Shown here piece after piece: positions 44,401 to 45,368 of a stretch of 45,368 nt of DNA. Positions within the stretch are counted from its first letter, which is position 1. The number at the start of each line of letters is the position of its first letter. Both the position numbers and the translations under genes were made by a program. The DNA comes from Malassezia furfur (Eukaryota): NCBI GenBank assembly GCA_052055015.1, contig JBQJIT010000039.1; one strand, given 5' to 3'. Under the pieces are notes generated by a model. That model did not search any database, had not been told where the DNA came from, and saw nothing but the letters and a program-made list of their open reading frames with translations.

Positions 44401-45281
44401 CCATGGGCGCGTCCGGCTGCGGCCCCGGCGCGCCGGGCAGCAGGCGCAGACGAAACGCACGCACCGCCGCCTTGTCGCGCACCGAGTAGAGCACCGCACC
44501 GCCCTCGTAGCACAGCAACAGCAAGTTCAAATCGCGGGGATGCGTCTTGATGTCAATGATCAGCGGGACGTGGAGGCGGCTCGGCGCGCCGGGCTCGTTG
44601 GTGCGCCGCATCGCCTCTTCCTCGTTCCACCACAGGTTGGGGATGCGGTACGGCGCGGGCGCACACCGCTCGAGGTCGTACGCATCTACCGTGCCATCGG
44701 CAAGACCGAGGAACAAGTGGCTGTGCTCGGCAGTGACCTCGACACAGAGCACGGCGTTGCGTGCACTGTGCGTCGCCGTGCGCAGCGGCGCGTCGGCGAT
44801 CTGCATCGGGTTGGCGCCCGCGCTGCTCGCGGTCGGCGGCGCACGGCGCGCGCTGCCACGCAGCGTCGCAGCGTGTGGGTCCTGCCGCGACAGGTCGTAC
44901 ACGCTCAGGTTGTCTTTCTCGTCGATGCACACAAGCAGGTAGGTGTCCGACTTGAACACGAGGTGCTTGACGCGCAGCGCGGGGCGCAGCGTGATAGACA
45001 GACGCACGGGCGGCGCGCCATAGATATGCACGGTGCCTGCCGAGGTGCCTGGCGTAAGTCGCTCCCTACGTACCGACGGCGAGCAGCCCGATGCCGGGCT
45101 CGTACGCGAGCGCCGACACTTGGCCGGGCAGCGTCAGCTGGTCGAGGAAGCCCTCGGCGAATTTGGTGTCGTCACGCAGCTCGCCCGACCAGTCTCGCAG
45201 GCGTGCATTGAGCGGCGCAAGCGGCGTCGCGGGCTCGGCGTGCCCGCCCTTGGCCTTGCCGACCTTTTTGAGCCACGACAT
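41494..45281 (-). CDS. SRO7: Sro7/Lgl/tomosyn WD40 exocytosis regulator
   Basis: LAYEP..GLLAVGT..G, HPRDLNLLL and REPIFKLAWS motifs; C-terminal SNARE-like coil. Introns 45049-45073, 42952-42972, 41634-41657 and 41558-41579. Confidence 0.9.
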
Positions 45282-45368
45282 GGCGGTGGGGTGGTGCGTC
45301 CGATCGGCCATCGGGGTGGAGGCGGTACGGCGCCGCCAGCGCCCGCGCACGCGCCGCACGGCGGGGTG

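Noticed and set aside
42101..45211. Long antisense ORFs (1036 aa here; also 21325-23163, 19393-20655, 9946-11043, 24937-26007)
   Set aside because: They mirror real genes with high GC3, which depletes stops on the opposite strand, and contain no recognisable motifs.

Overview
This is eukaryotic DNA from an extremely compact basidiomycete yeast genome, almost certainly Malassezia: it carries a close homologue of the Mala s 12 allergen GMC oxidoreductase, has high GC, and most intergenic gaps are about 130 bp or less. I reconstructed 28 protein-coding genes by hand, mostly housekeeping (AKR1, MRPL34, HGH1, NXT1, AVT3, ERG25, MDR1/GYP2, ELF1, SCY1, YIH1, two tandem GMC oxidoreductases, GRH1, a GH5 glucanase, SLX4, SUS1, SRO7 and others). 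The ORF track is fragmented because of about 52 spliceosomal introns: 51 are only 21-34 nt, with an apparent floor at 21 nt, and one is 187 nt. The main signals not explained by the ORFs are: (i) the ultra-short intron system; (ii) an H/ACA-like RNA inside the single long intron, whose pocket matches the 5' end of U1 snRNA; (iii) three more H/ACA-like folds in the larger intergenic gaps, one resembling the snR35/SNORA13 guide for 18S Psi1191; (iv) CACGTG(AC)-centred micro-promoters, overlapping stop codons and possible polycistrons; (v) a DUF1308-LCCL fusion ORF; and (vi) a GC trough at about 26-36 kb. No mobile element, tRNA, rRNA or CRISPR array was seen. All calls come from reading by eye and recalled family motifs; no searches were run.
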